Source: Azolla caroliniana (lineage: Eukaryota; Plantae; Polypodiophyta). From it: a DNA stretch of 64,000 nucleotides. The position numbers and the translations under genes were made by a program. Numbering within the stretch: the first letter of the stretch is position 1; every line of letters begins with the position of its first letter. The notes under the pieces were generated by a model. It was not told the DNA's origin and searched no databases. It was given only the letters and a program-made list of their open reading frames with translations. Below are positions 37,776-49,613 of this stretch, one piece after another. The stretch lies in contig JBHGNT010000018.1 in the NCBI GenBank assembly GCA_043228905.1, forward strand, positions 6,324,001 to 6,388,000, in the 5' to 3' direction.

Positions 37776-39903
37776 CAACAGTGGTAAAAGACAAACAATT
37801 AGGGTTTGAACCCTACATGTATTTTTTAATTTCATCAATGTCATGTTTTGATTACATCCAACTGGAATACATTTTCACTTGGGAAGTCTTCACCATTCTT
37901 GAAATATGTATGTGGATCAAACGACATAAAGGAGAATATATTTGCTCTCTTCATTGAATATTTTCTGGTTGTAAGACAAGTATAATGACATTCCATTGTA
38001 ATAAATTATTGTGGGTTTATTATTATTATACCTTACAATGAGGTTTCCCACCATTCGCTAAGGTCAAGTATCGTATCTTGAATGCAAACAATTCTTTTTT
38101 CAGATGATGCAAACACACATTATTGTGGTAGAAACTTCGTTTCCATCATCTTCTTCTTGTAAAAGTGATTTAGGGGATTGGATCAATGATGAAAATAAGG
38201 TGACCACGTTGAAAGGTTTTTAAACGAAAAAAATTGAAAAATAGGAAGTGTGCAATTAAAATTGTTCTTGATTTGTGTTGATGATCTTTGGGTTCCTATT
38301 AGGTTTGAAACTTACATATGAGTTTATATGACAAAAGGTGGTCAACTTTGTGATGGTTTTACCAGCTTCATTTTCTTCATCAATGCCAATTGTGGAAACC
38401 AAGTGTTTGTGATGAGAGGTTAAGGAGCTGACATGAGAGGTCCAAGTGCATAATAAATATTGACAAGACTAACACTTGAAGATTGGTAAAACACGATAAT
38501 AGCATTCTAGGTGTAAAATTCTTTTGAGCTACATGGAATGTAAGTGGAAGATAAAATCCAAATGCTTATCGCGACGAAATTCCACTTGAAGACTTCATAC
38601 TTTGAAATGCAAATAGTAAACCGTGTAACAATGGTGGTAGGAGGAATTCATATTTTTAACAAAGACAATTTGATGAAACAATATTCTTGAAGAAAAGAAC
38701 ATTTATTCAAGCAACAAAATATAGGGAAAAACCCTTCGACAAATTAAATGTGGATTTTCCCCCAAAGCTTCTATGAGCAATTGTAAATGTACTTGATAGG
38801 AAATTTTTAACTTCATCTTTTTTATGCTTTGATCTTGTGCTTGTAAAGAAAACGATGACTGTACATGCACAATCACACTTTCGGTAAAAAAAATAACTAG
38901 ATCACCTTTATGGATTTTAACTTTAAGAGACAAAAAAGAATCCAAGTTAACATAGACGATGGGACATGTGGTATAGGTTCTTAACCTATGTGAAAAATCA
39001 TATTGCTCTTTGCGGTTTGCATGAACATAACAATTAGACATGTGACCTTACAAGCTACTTATGGCTAGGAAATCCGCTTGTACACATGATTGGATTGAGA
39101 ATTCTCAAAGTTTTCGGCCTCATCCTCAATCATGATATCATAAATATGTTTTAAAAAGTTTGGTGGTTTAAGAATTCTTGGGCTACAAGTTCCTCAACCT
39201 TGCCAATGCTAGTTGTGAGACCAACCATGACATTTAATCAAGGTGAACCTCCCAAGTTATAATTCTTGTCTTGTAATCTAACGTTGTATCATCTATGATA
39301 TTGCATGACGATATTAATCATTGTAATCCAGCTATTGTAATATCCTTACATTCTTGTTCATTATTGAGTTTTTATTCTATCTGTGGTCAACTCCAAATAA
39401 AACAAATAATGTAGTAAAAAATATGGCTTCTTAAGTCACATGGTTCTCAACCTTGTCAGCAAGAGTTGGGATGCCATTTGTGATGCACAAAGAGGATAAC
39501 CCTCTCAAGTTCTAGTTCCATCTTGTCTCGTAATCCAGACATACTAGACTATACCAAATGAATATCAATATTTGTGATTGGGTTCTCGTAATTGCATTAT
39601 TGTAATCCCCAATAAGGCACGCACTTCATAACTCATTATTATTTAAGTTACTCTTATAATTGCACACCCCCATCCTTGAAGCAAAGTTTAGAGCATGAAT
39701 TCTGGTAAAAATTGGGGCTTCTCGAGTTCGAGCTCTTATATTGTAATCAAGTTTAGTAGCATCATCATCATCATCATCACCATCATCGTAAAGCCAATTT
39801 ATTTCCGTTAATAAGGTGACAGGTTACGATCACACTGTAAAGGCTTCGTGAGCAATTCATTCACGACAAGGATGTAGAGAAACCATGTCATATGAACGCC
39901 GGA

Positions 39904-39923
39904 TTAGGGTTTAGGGTTTAGGG
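39904..39923. promoter_or_regulatory. Short TTTAGGG (telo-box/telomere-type) run upstream of the IRKI-like gene, near a GAGA tract
   Basis: TTAGGGTTTAGGGTTTAGGG; a (GA)n tract lies at about 39999-40012. Confidence 0.45.
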
Positions 39924-40985
39924 GTTCATCACAAAAGCATGCATGTGTGATGGTGATGAGTCATGAGAATGGAAGAGGGCCTTCCAAGTGAGTGAAGTGA
40001 GAGAGAGAGAGAGTCACAAGTCTAATCTACACAGACAACTCAGACAAGTGAATGCAGAGTAAAAGCAAAAAAGCAAAAAAAGTCTGAGAAGAAGAAACAC
40101 CCACCTCTTTCTCTCTCTCTCTGTTTTTTGGTTTCCCCCTTTTTCCTTTTGTCTCTTTTGTCTATTTATTTGTCCACAACAAAAAAGCATACCCTAGCTT
40201 TCTGCTTCCTTGCAGACACTCAATCTGTACCTGTACCTGTTGTGCCTGTGTGTCTGTTTCTGTACACCCCTGATTTTACTCCCATTTCTCATTTCTCCTC
40301 TCTTGAGGCTAGGATTTGGAGCTATGGAAAACCTCGGAACCTAAAAAGTAAATACACTTATCCCCCCCCACCCCCACCCAAGGGACCCATATTATATTGG
40401 GTCCTTTTGCAGATGTGAGTTCTCCTACTCCCCCATTTTGCTTCGATCCACACCCTTCTGACTTTTCTTCTTAGGGTTTCATCATCAGGTATGGATTCTT
40501 CTGTATAGGCAGCATATCTCTGTCTAGAGAAAGATTTCTAGGTTTTGTGTGAAATATGGATTCTTCTCAATCTCAGCTAAAAAGCTTAGCGTTTTTGCGT
40601 CGTTTTGTGCTGTGCTAGAGAGGTGGATTAGGGTTTGATGGATCACCTGTTTATGCTGAACTCTGTCTGGGCTTGATGAGTAATGTGTGGATACACTAAT
40701 GTTAGGGTCTCCTGGGCACATTTCTTAATATGCTGAAACTAGAGTGTTGGATGAGTCGTTTGTAGATTTTGCTGGAATTAGAGGGTATGATAGGCCATCT
40801 CTTGATGTTTTAAAAATAAGTGGTTGATGGGCACATCTTGATTGGTGAAGCTAGGGATTTGCAGTTATTATTTGTAGCATAAAGATTAGTATAAAGAGAG
40901 AAAGAGAAGACTATTATGATGTAAGTTTTTAATATAATAACATTCAATCCTTGTTGGGTGGCCCGAGAGGCTTCCGAGCTACTTC

Positions 40986-42455
40986 ATGTCCACGGATAAT
41001 ATATCTGGTTCATATGCCATACCCCCTAGGCTCATGCGCTCGGGTAGTAGCGCATCTTCAGTCGATCTTTCGCCCAACTGCGAAGCAAGTTGCTTAAGCA
41101 ATAGTAGCAGTAGAAGGATGAGAATGCATGATGAAATTGTGTCTTTTCCATATAACAATACCCACAACTCTATGATCGCAAGAGGAGAGCATGTAGAAAA
41201 CACACTGGAGCTCGAAGACTTCCTATACAATACCAGTAGAAGAGGTCATAACTCTCATAGGTTTCGAAGCCCCGTTGGCCTTATTGTCAACTTTTTCACT
41301 TGTTGGTGCAAGAACAGGCCACATTCTCGGACATTCTCTACACATCCTGGTCTCCGTAGCTTCCCTGCGGCTGCCCTCCTTGAACAAAATCGTATCCAGC
41401 AAGAGGCTCTTGTCGAGAGTCAAGAAACTAGGGATATGTGGGAATGGCAAATGGAGCAACAAAGGTTCATCACTTGCCAAGAACATGACCTTCTTGAGAA
41501 GAATAGCATGGAAATGAATCCTCTGCTTGGTCATGTTCCGGACTTGGCACGTATTGCTAGCCAGTTGATTCGGAATGCTAGCATTCGAAGCGAGCAAGAA
41601 TTGAAAGATGAAACAATGGAAGAGAAAGAAAAGAATAGCCTATCTAGTAGAGAGGTTTCACCTTCTTGGGAACTAGCTAGCCCTTCACGAAGTGATATAT
41701 GGAATAACGACCCAGACTTTCAAACGGCGATGATGCTTCTTTTCGAAGCAACCCTCCTCCGATGTCGATCTGAGATCAACTTCTTCTGCCGAGTTTTCAT
41801 GCAACAGATGGTGTTATCGGGATATTCTCTCATTCGAACATTGCAAGAGATGGAGCCTAACACGGTTTTCTTAAAGAAAGTCCACGCAAGCTATGCCCTG
41901 GAGTCACGGATTAACAATGCTCTCTTCCGGTGCTTTGAAAATGATAGCTTCGATGAGACTGGACTTACTCAAATATTTGACCCGACTCTTCGAGCTGCGG
42001 CGAGGCTACAAGATTACTTGAGGATGAGAAATATAGATTCTGAGGATGCTTTGAATGCCAACAATCCCGCTTATGAACCCTCTTTTCATACATTTTGTGC
42101 CAACAAGAGCGAGGAGGTGATGGCTATGTTCTCATGGAGTATGGGATATAGAAGCACAACCGAGAGGGATAGGTTCATGGAAGCTTTCTTAAGAGCAGCA
42201 AAATGGGTTTGGCTTCTTCATAGACTAGCTAATGCATCTAATCCTCCGGTTCAAATAATCAGAGTTGGTCGAGGTCAAGAGGTCGATCCTGTGTATTTGG
42301 AACCAGTGGCTCTTCCTCCTCACACTGGTTGTGAGAGATGCTCCGATGCCTCTACACCAACCGTTGAGTTCATGGTCTTGCCAGGATTTATTACCTCGCA
42401 GAAGGTCTTCCGGTGCAAGGTGTATCAACACTACCAGTGCGAGATACTGATTTAA
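40986..42455 (+). CDS. IRK-interacting / GIL1 (DUF641-associated family) like protein, 489 aa, single coding exon
   Basis: C-terminal family motifs YALES, FENDSF, FHTFCANK, FLRAAKWVWLLHRLA, IIRVGRG..DPVYLE, VEFMVLPGF and FRCKVY. Probable 5' UTR intron with donor CAG/GTATGG near 40489. Confidence 0.85.
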   Translation: MSTDNISGSYAIPPRLMRSGSSASSVDLSPNCEASCLSNSSSRRMRMHDEIVSFPYNNTHNSMIARGEHVENTLELEDFLYNTSRRGHNSHRFRSPVGLIVNFFTCWCKNRPHSRTFSTHPGLRSFPAAALLEQNRIQQEALVESQETRDMWEWQMEQQRFITCQEHDLLEKNSMEMNPLLGHVPDLARIASQLIRNASIRSEQELKDETMEEKEKNSLSSREVSPSWELASPSRSDIWNNDPDFQTAMMLLFEATLLRCRSEINFFCRVFMQQMVLSGYSLIRTLQEMEPNTVFLKKVHASYALESRINNALFRCFENDSFDETGLTQIFDPTLRAAARLQDYLRMRNIDSEDALNANNPAYEPSFHTFCANKSEEVMAMFSWSMGYRSTTERDRFMEAFLRAAKWVWLLHRLANASNPPVQIIRVGRGQEVDPVYLEPVALPPHTGCERCSDASTPTVEFMVLPGFITSQKVFRCKVYQHYQCEILI

Positions 42456-45400
42456 CTTTGCCATTGATTTAGGTTATGATAGGGGATTTGTGTAACATGC
42501 ATGCAAATTATGTTTTCCATTTTAACTCCATTGTTCACTGGTGGGAACCTTTTGAAGCTAATCCTGATTCGGATTATGGTTTGGCTTGTATATGCATTCA
42601 ACTAATTAACTGTCATCCTTGCCCAAATGCGAAAACATTATGTGTAGGTCTTATATCCTGTTTTCCTAAGACGGAGATTGTTATCAACTCTATCTAGAGA
42701 AGCAGTTGGTTGTTGGAAAAGGCATCTATTCTCACCAGTAGATTGTCCCCGGTTTACCTTGTGATGTTATTCTGGACTAGATCTGTGAGCTTTTGATTTT
42801 CTTCAGATGCTTTAATTCATTAAAATGTTTCCAGGGAACTGTATTGGATCCATGGGGACTGCACATGTTTTTCCTCTGATTCAAAAAATGTGCGGCTATT
42901 GCCTAATTCATGGTTTTTCTTGTGCAAGGAGATACTGAATATTTATGCCTCATTGTTTTTGGACCAATTTATTGGATTTTTAATTTTAGTTGTCTGTAAG
43001 AGAACTTGTAATGTATTTTGTGAACATTTGCTTAAAATGGCATGTCATCCAGTAAGATACGTTTCTATTAATTTGTCTGAGATAGTTAACTATTTACCCA
43101 TGTACATACACTGAAGTAGTGTCTTCATGTGCGTTTTACGGTTGTAACAGAAGTTCATTTTAAGATGCTTCTAATGCAAGCTATATATAAGTTTGTCAAT
43201 TATTTCTTAATCGTTTTTCTTTATGTTCTTCTTCTGATTGAGCACGTCTGACATGGATTGTACTGAAGTTTAGCGATCATGAAAAATGTTCCCATTCTCT
43301 ATTGAGGGGCTTATGTGATAATGTAGAGTTTTTAAATCTTGCCTTCGGTGTAGTTTCATTTTCATAATCCTGTTATTATCATGACATTAAAATTTTCCTG
43401 GAAATTTCCTCATGTGGCAGCAAAGCTGTGCATATATCTCAAATTTCAATGCATACATGTTTCATCATGGTGTGGTCCTTTGAGCATATCTCAGAAGCAG
43501 GTTACATGTCTTAGTTCATGAGTCTATTTTCTCTTCTGCAAGAGACCCCAAGGTTGTCTGTTTATTGCAGGTTCCAATGATCCAATTAATTACACAGTTT
43601 ATGCCATTTGCTAAAACTTAGGTTTGTTGCATTACCTTATGATCATCTAATGTTGGTATTATCCTTGATATTCATGGGCGATTATTGTATTGTCTTATAC
43701 ATTCTCTTGCCCACTGCCCATCTCCTCCGTGCATGCATGTTTAGTATGGATTTAAACTCATATGAAATTCACTTAGTGCTTGATTTTAAACTGATATGAG
43801 ATTTATATAGTGCTAAACATCCTTTTTTCTCTTGGAGATATCTGTTGCCACTGTTCTAAATATCTTCTTTTCTAGCATATCATAATGTCTCTGGTCAATA
43901 TATTTCTCATTCTTGGTCTGCCAGAAGTTTATGGACTAGACTCTGCTCCGTCTTGGTCTTTCTTGTTGTGTGCCATCACTCTTCCTCTCAGATCATACAC
44001 CATTTCTCATTAGAGCTTTTAATTTGAGCAATTGATTGCACAAAGAATCAATCATGACATATATTCCCTCTCAAGAAAATAGGACTACCAAATTTGGGTT
44101 CCTGACCTTTTGTCTTACCTATTTACTGCGCTTTCATTGTGGTCATTAGTCTCATCAATGTCATCGCCTACTGTGATTCTAAAGGCCATACCTTTCATTA
44201 ATGAGCCTCTGACCTAGAACTTCCAAATGTTTGATAATCCCTTTATGCACTTTTTTTAGACCTGGTATGTATTTACGTGTTAAAATGAGATTATTACATA
44301 ACATTTCATACATTCAAAGCAGATATAATCCCTTTCAAATTGTTGTATTTATTTCAGACGCAGCCGTAATGCATGCATGTATGTATACCTGGACAGGGCT
44401 TTCAAATATTCTTGGAAAGTTTTACAAATTGATCATAAATGATCAACTATTTATTTATTTAATTAATTTATTGATTTCGGTTACACTAGGATATATAAAA
44501 ATGCTTAGCATGCCAGTGATAAATTTATAAATGCAAATAAATTTCTTAATTTATGCTGGAAGGGGATAATTACCAAGAAATGCTTGCGTATGTATTGCAA
44601 ATTGAAAGATTAAAATTAAGGACAAAATTATATGCTTATTGCACATCTGTCAATTTGTTTATATTTCCACTTAGAAAGAAAACATATCCTAATAGAAGCT
44701 TAATCTGGGAATTTTCATCAATAATAGAGGTTTGATTGAATACCGAATACTTTAATTTTCATGCAATTATGTACTTGCTTTCTCATACACAAAAAAGGAA
44801 TTCACCAAATTTGTTGCAACCATTTAATTCGTGTCCCGCTTGACCATCACTTCACCAACGCTCTTTAATTATTTACAAGGCAGAAATTCATGCTTATATT
44901 TTTGGTAGCTCATAAATATGTACTGCAGGCAAGATATGTTGGAGGCTATTTGATTTTTAAGATAGTATATATGTTGGAGGCTACTTCAGATATGTATATA
45001 TATCATGCAACATGAAGAGAAAGATAGTTCAAAAATTTGCACAGAAGAATTCAACACCCTCAGACATACCTGAATGTTTGAGCAAGCCAATTTCATGAAC
45101 CTCAAAGCTAAACTTTCACAAATAAGGATGACTCTTTGAATACTGGAGAACTTCATAATTTGCACACCTCCCTTAGGAAGAAGTAACTGACATTAGGATC
45201 ATGCATATAATAATGACCTCCTCACTGCACACACAAGCTACCCTAGAACAAAAATGAGAGAGAAAGAGCACCAATGGAGAGGAGATCTTGAATACCACCA
45301 TTACTTTATGTCTGAATACTATATTATTTCTATGTACAAGCTTGATGGGGTCAAGTGATATGCGAATTAATTAAGAGTCAGGCAATGCAATTTTGCCAGA

Positions 45401-46146
45401 ACTAGGGAAGATCAGACATAAAAGACAACTAACAGACATATGTGAACCAGACATATGTGTGACAAAAGATGGTGAATGATGAACATGTTTTCTGATGACA
45501 TAGAAGACAATGAATTGGCATTGACATACTATTAACACCACATTATTTATTTTAAGGGGTGAATTAGAATATGGTTTATTGTAGGAGATTCATGCGGAAC
45601 ACAAACCATCATGTTTGAGATATTACAGATCCCTGGAAAATCATTTCACTAATTGAGACCTTAAGATAGCAACAAAATGAGATATTCAAGATTGATCGAA
45701 ACATCATGCAACCAATTGAGGTTCTATGGGGCTGAGAGGCCCTCTTTTCCCTGACTTCTAAAACATGCATTGCATCAAAGCTTTGGTTTTCTACCGTAGA
45801 TCTATCCATAATCTTCTCTATGACATCTCTAAGATTCTCCGTTGATCTTGAGAACTTACTTCTGAAGTGCACGTTTGTCTCACCATTCTTGTAGATCCCA
45901 GTAGCTATATGGAAATCGATACAGAAACAAACAGACAGAAAAAACGCGGATGACTCAGTTTTTGTCCAGCAAGGGAACGTTATCATTTCTTTGATTTCGA
46001 TGCATACGAACCAATTAACTACGAGAAAAGTTTGTTTTCTTTTCTTTACCCAAGAGTGGTTTTCATTTCAGATTCAGTAACAAGAAAATCAGATAATTCT
46101 GTAGGATAAAAATTATGGAGAAATCATCAGAGAATGACAAAGATGC

Positions 46147-46622
46147 TCAGTTAGGTATAACGAGTGTCTCTCCTGCATAGATGATATCACCATCGATTCC
46201 ATTGGCCACTCTCAGAGCGTCCACGGAAACCTACAATTCAGAAGGAAAGGCATCGTTTTAATCATCAAAGGTAAACGCATCAAGGAGGAGAAGAAAAACG
46301 AAGAATAAATGCAAAAGGAAGTCACGCATGGTGCAAGAAGAAAAAGGAAGCCATAGAAATGATTGGATTGGAAACTTGAGGAAGAAGAAGGAAGGAAGAG
46401 AAAGGAACTTACGCCATATCTCTGAGAGATGCTGAAGAGAGTGTCCCCTTTGGAGATCTGCAAGGCACCAGCAGAAGAGGCTACTGCAGCGATGCTTGAT
46501 AGAGGGGAATCCCGGGATAGCGACTTGGCTGCAGATTTGTAGATACTCCAGGCGATGCCGCTCAACACTGCTGCTCCTGCAGCCTTGCCTGCAAATCCTT
46601 CGTCCACGGGCCCACCCGCCAT
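46147..46622 (-). CDS. Small LysM-domain protein, 97 aa; exons 46622-46413 and 46230-46147
   Basis: Spliced product MAGGPVDEGFAGKAAGAAVLSGIAWSIYK...LQISKGDTLFSISQRYG|VSVDALRVANGIDGDIIYAGETLVIPN*. The GTAAGT..TAG phase-0 intron falls inside a canonical LysM motif. Confidence 0.9.
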
Positions 46623-46657
46623 AGCTCCAAACCTTACTACTACAGATATATATCTAT

Positions 46658-46660
<3 letters not shown>

Positions 46661-46712
<52 letters not shown>
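46661..46712. repeat. (TA)n microsatellite about 40 bp upstream of the LysM start codon
   Basis: About 25 TA units seen directly. Confidence 0.95.
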
Positions 46713-46714
<2 letters not shown>

Positions 46715-48572
46715 GATGACACAAAAGAAGCACGAAAGCAGAAGGAACAAAGAGCTACAAAGAGCTCTTTGTTCCTTATCTCTCTGTCTGTCTCTCTCGG
46801 AAGGCAGGAGTCTGTCTCTCTCGGAAGGCAGAAGGAACAGAGAGCTCTTTGTTCCTTATCTCTCTCTGTCTGCGTCTCTCTTTGAGACTAACCCACACCT
46901 TTTACGACTATGCTTTTGGAATTGCAATGGATACCCATGGAATGCGAGATTTGGCATAGAAGAGTTCACCGATGACTCGGATATCACACTTCTTGTTGAA
47001 ACATGGGGGCATGATACTCAAAGGATTCAAGGTTTAGGAAACTATAATGTACACTCTTTGATATGGAAGAAAAATCCAAGACAAAGAAGAGGACAAAGAG
47101 GGGTGACATGTTTGATTAAGAAGGAAATAGAGAAATATGTGTCAATCATAAAAAAATGATGAACATAAATGCTACATATTGCTCAAAATAGAAACACCTA
47201 ATGATTTGCCCACTTTTGTAGTTGGGTGTTACATTCTTTATCAAGATTCTAACTTTTATGCTTGTTTGGATAAAGATAAACCTTTTGCCAATCCAAAAGA
47301 TGATATTGCTTATTTCAAATCCAAAGGAGAAGTTATTGTCTTTGGTGACATGGATGCTCGTACAAGAAGTTTCCAACTTGATTCATAAGAATCTTTCATG
47401 CCACATATCTCAAGGATGCAAGAGGATATGCAAATGGATAGCCGCTCTTCTTACGATGTAAAAGATCCGGACGAATTTGGGAAGTTACTCCTACAAATGT
47501 GCAATAGTACCAGATTGCTTATTGCAAATGGTATTTCCTTATGGCCCAACACTAATGCTTTTACATGTAGAAAACACAATGGAAATAGTGTGATTGACTA
47601 TGTGCTACTTTCCGAAGGTATTTTGGATCGTATACATAAATTCTCACTTGGTGAATGGACACCGAAATCCGATCATAGGCCTTTATGTATTGATCTCAAA
47701 TATATGCATAGGTTTGATTGTGAGAAGGCCATTGAAGATAATAAACAACCGCACTTGAGCATGAACCTTAAGCGAGAGCCCATGAATCCCAAGATGGTTG
47801 ATTATATGCTACAAATGACAAAGATACAACATGGTGCCACACTAGAATGCAAATGGGAAGCTTTCAAGAAAGTCATTCTCTCCTGTACAAACAAATGTTT
47901 TTCAACCAACCGCACATCTTGGAAATGCACCAAGAAACTTAGGAAAAATCGGTTTGATAAAGAATGTCGTGAAGCTCGAAAGTGCCTTATGGTTTTGGAT
48001 GTAGTTAAGGATAAAGAGAATTACCAAAAGCATTTGCATGAGTATAAAAGGCTTATTCAAAGAAAGAGAAGAATATGGGAAGTTACTCAACAATTTATCC
48101 AAACGCAAGAGAAAGCACATGCATGTGCCAAAATTTGGGGAAATCTAAAGGGGAAACGTGTTGAGAGTTATGGTGACTTAACTCTTCACGAATTGTCTAT
48201 GCATTGTAAGAATTTATATGAGTTATCTCTTGCTAGAAAGATGATGTGTTATGGTTCTCTTTCACATATGTCTCCCTTTTTTACAATTGAAGATATATGC
48301 ATAGGACTTAAGAAATTGGCCTCCCGAAAGGCAAGCGGTCTTCAATGTATAAAGGCTGAAATGCTCAAATGGACGGGAAAGGAATCACATGTATGGATAA
48401 ATGATATGTTTAATGATGCATTGCAACGTGGCATGTCGTACAATTGGACTACAAATTGGATCAAACCTTTACATAAAGGTGGAGATGTAAATAATGTAAA
48501 CAATTATCGAACCATCATGGTTGATAGCACCATTGATCACCTTGTCACCCTTCGAGTATTAATGGAGGAAAG

Positions 48573-49094
48573 TGTTAGGAAATGGGTCCCTCCGGATGGA
48601 AAGAGAAGAGTCGAGTTGATGAGAAACCGAAATCGTGTAGACAGCCAACTCGGAAGACTATACTTGTAAATAGTCTAAATATGCCCTTATGGGCTACATT
48701 TGTAAATAACCCAAAAGGTGTACTAGTATAAGTACTTAGGGCAATCATGATGATTATGAAGAGTCATTGTTAAAAGGTTACTTAGAAGGTTGACATGCCT
48801 CTGTAACTGCGTAACAGTAAGTGAGTGAGAGTGAGAGAGTGTGTAACTATGTAGCCGTCTGTTGACGAAGTAGAATCTTGAGGTCGTTGCCTCGAAGCTT
48901 CTAGTTGTACTCCTTTTAGCATAGTGATTCTGTTTCTCGGGGTTTGTGGACCCGCGTGGTTTTTCCCATTTCGGGTTTCCACATTAAGATCATGTGTTTC
49001 TGTCTCTTGTGCTATTTCTGTTTTCGTACTTTACGTTCCTTGCACCCGAACATTTGAACGATAAGCCGGTTGTGGCTGGTCATGATTCTCGATA
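48573..49094 (+). mobile_element. Solo LTR (Tork/Tnt1-like copia) in the LINE RT
   Basis: Starts TGTTAGGAAATGGGTCCCTCCGGATGG. TSD GAAAG at 48568-48572 and 49095-49099. Removal restores the LINE frame EESFLRGKGLYCCF. Confidence 0.9.
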
Positions 49095-49304
49095 GAAAGT
49101 TTCCTTAGAGGTAAAGGTTTATATTGTTGCTTTGTAAACTTCAAGAAAGCTTTCAATATGGTACCTCGTGAGCATATTTGGAGGCGACTGGAAGAACTTG
49201 AGGTGCCAAGTGAATATATTCTTGCAATTTCCTGAATTTATGAGAATGTTATATGTTGTGTGCGCATGAGAGATAAACTTTCAGATTTTTTCAAAAGCAC
49301 TATT

Positions 49305-49568
49305 TGTTGAAAACAGTGCTCGGCCACCACCGAGGAATAGGATCAACTCACAGAAAAACAGGAAATACAAAATGCACGAAGACAATAGAGAGAAGAGTAC
49401 ACAGGATGTTTTACGTGGAAAACCCTAAATGGGAAAAACCACGGGAGTCCTCAAACTCCAACTATCACTATAAACAGAGATGTACAATGGTGAAGCTACA
49501 AGGCAACAACCTTGAGCTCACTGTCTTCGCCACAGGCGGCGGTAATACACAGAGGCAACGACCTCTTC

Positions 49569-49613
<45 letters not shown>

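Noticed and set aside
37640-37957. 105-aa ORF after SRF
   Set aside because: It overlaps the true last SRF exon (37668-37775) in another frame.
46147-46733. Bacterial contamination for the LysM gene, and the 173-aa ORF as listed
   Set aside because: The gene has a spliceosomal intron in plant context. The listed ORF runs through the (TA)n tract and the intron.
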